The notes under the pieces are model-generated. The model ran no database searches. It saw only the letters and a program-made list of their open reading frames with translations, and had not been told where the DNA came from. From Vicugna vicugna (lineage: Eukaryota): DNA of 64,000 nucleotides. The stretch is from the NCBI GenBank assembly GCA_013265495.1, contig MU058252.1:2328244-2392243 (forward strand), in the 5' to 3' direction. The position numbers were made by a program, and so were the translations under genes. This document shows, in pieces, positions 63,801 through 64,000 of the stretch; position 1 is the stretch's first letter, and the number at the start of each line of letters is the position of its first letter.

Positions 63801-64000
63801 CTGTAGCCAGTGATGACTCACCACTGGAGGAAAGGCAAACGCTGTGGACTGGAGAGGGGGCAGGCTGGACAGGGTGGCTGGTCAGGGACTCAGGTGCAGC
63901 CAAGACCCCCCCGTACTCACTCTCCCGCTCCTTCCGCTGGCTGCTCCCTTAGGGAGTGAGAGGAGATGACCACCTGCTATTCTGGAATCACTTCCGCAGG

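Overview
This is 64 kb of GC-rich, CpG-retaining, non-coding eutherian DNA (intronic or intergenic). I cannot recognise any host protein-coding exon. The only ORFs with identifiable homology are decayed LINE-1 ORF2 fragments. The repeat content points to a camelid genome (camel, llama or alpaca). It includes short tRNA-derived SINEs starting GGGGAGGGTATAGCTCAGTGGTAGAG (Vic-1-like), many young 5'-truncated L1 3' ends, and an internally deleted Tigger1, and I saw no Alu, B1/B2, Bov-A/BovB, PRE-1 or CAN SINEs. Older MIR, L2, L1M, MLT1 and ERV1-type LTR relics are also present. There is no CRISPR array, operon or foreign insert, and I did not find a new biological system. The best second-look items are: (1) a SINE-head/L1-tail chimera joined at a 6-nt microhomology inside one target-site duplication (TSD); (2) a head-to-tail SINE dimer inside a single TSD; (3) a SINE carrying an apparent 3' transduction; (4) patchy, almost one-directional AT-to-GC decay of repeat copies, suggesting GC-biased gene conversion; (5) a perfect palindromic RFX X-box plus weaker X-boxes; (6) a minisatellite that forms a chain of DR3-spaced GGTCA half-sites; and (7) a small CpG island that may drive a spliced minus-strand lncRNA or small ORF. 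Repeat family names come from my recollection of consensus sequences, not a database search, and the boundaries of old repeats are approximate.
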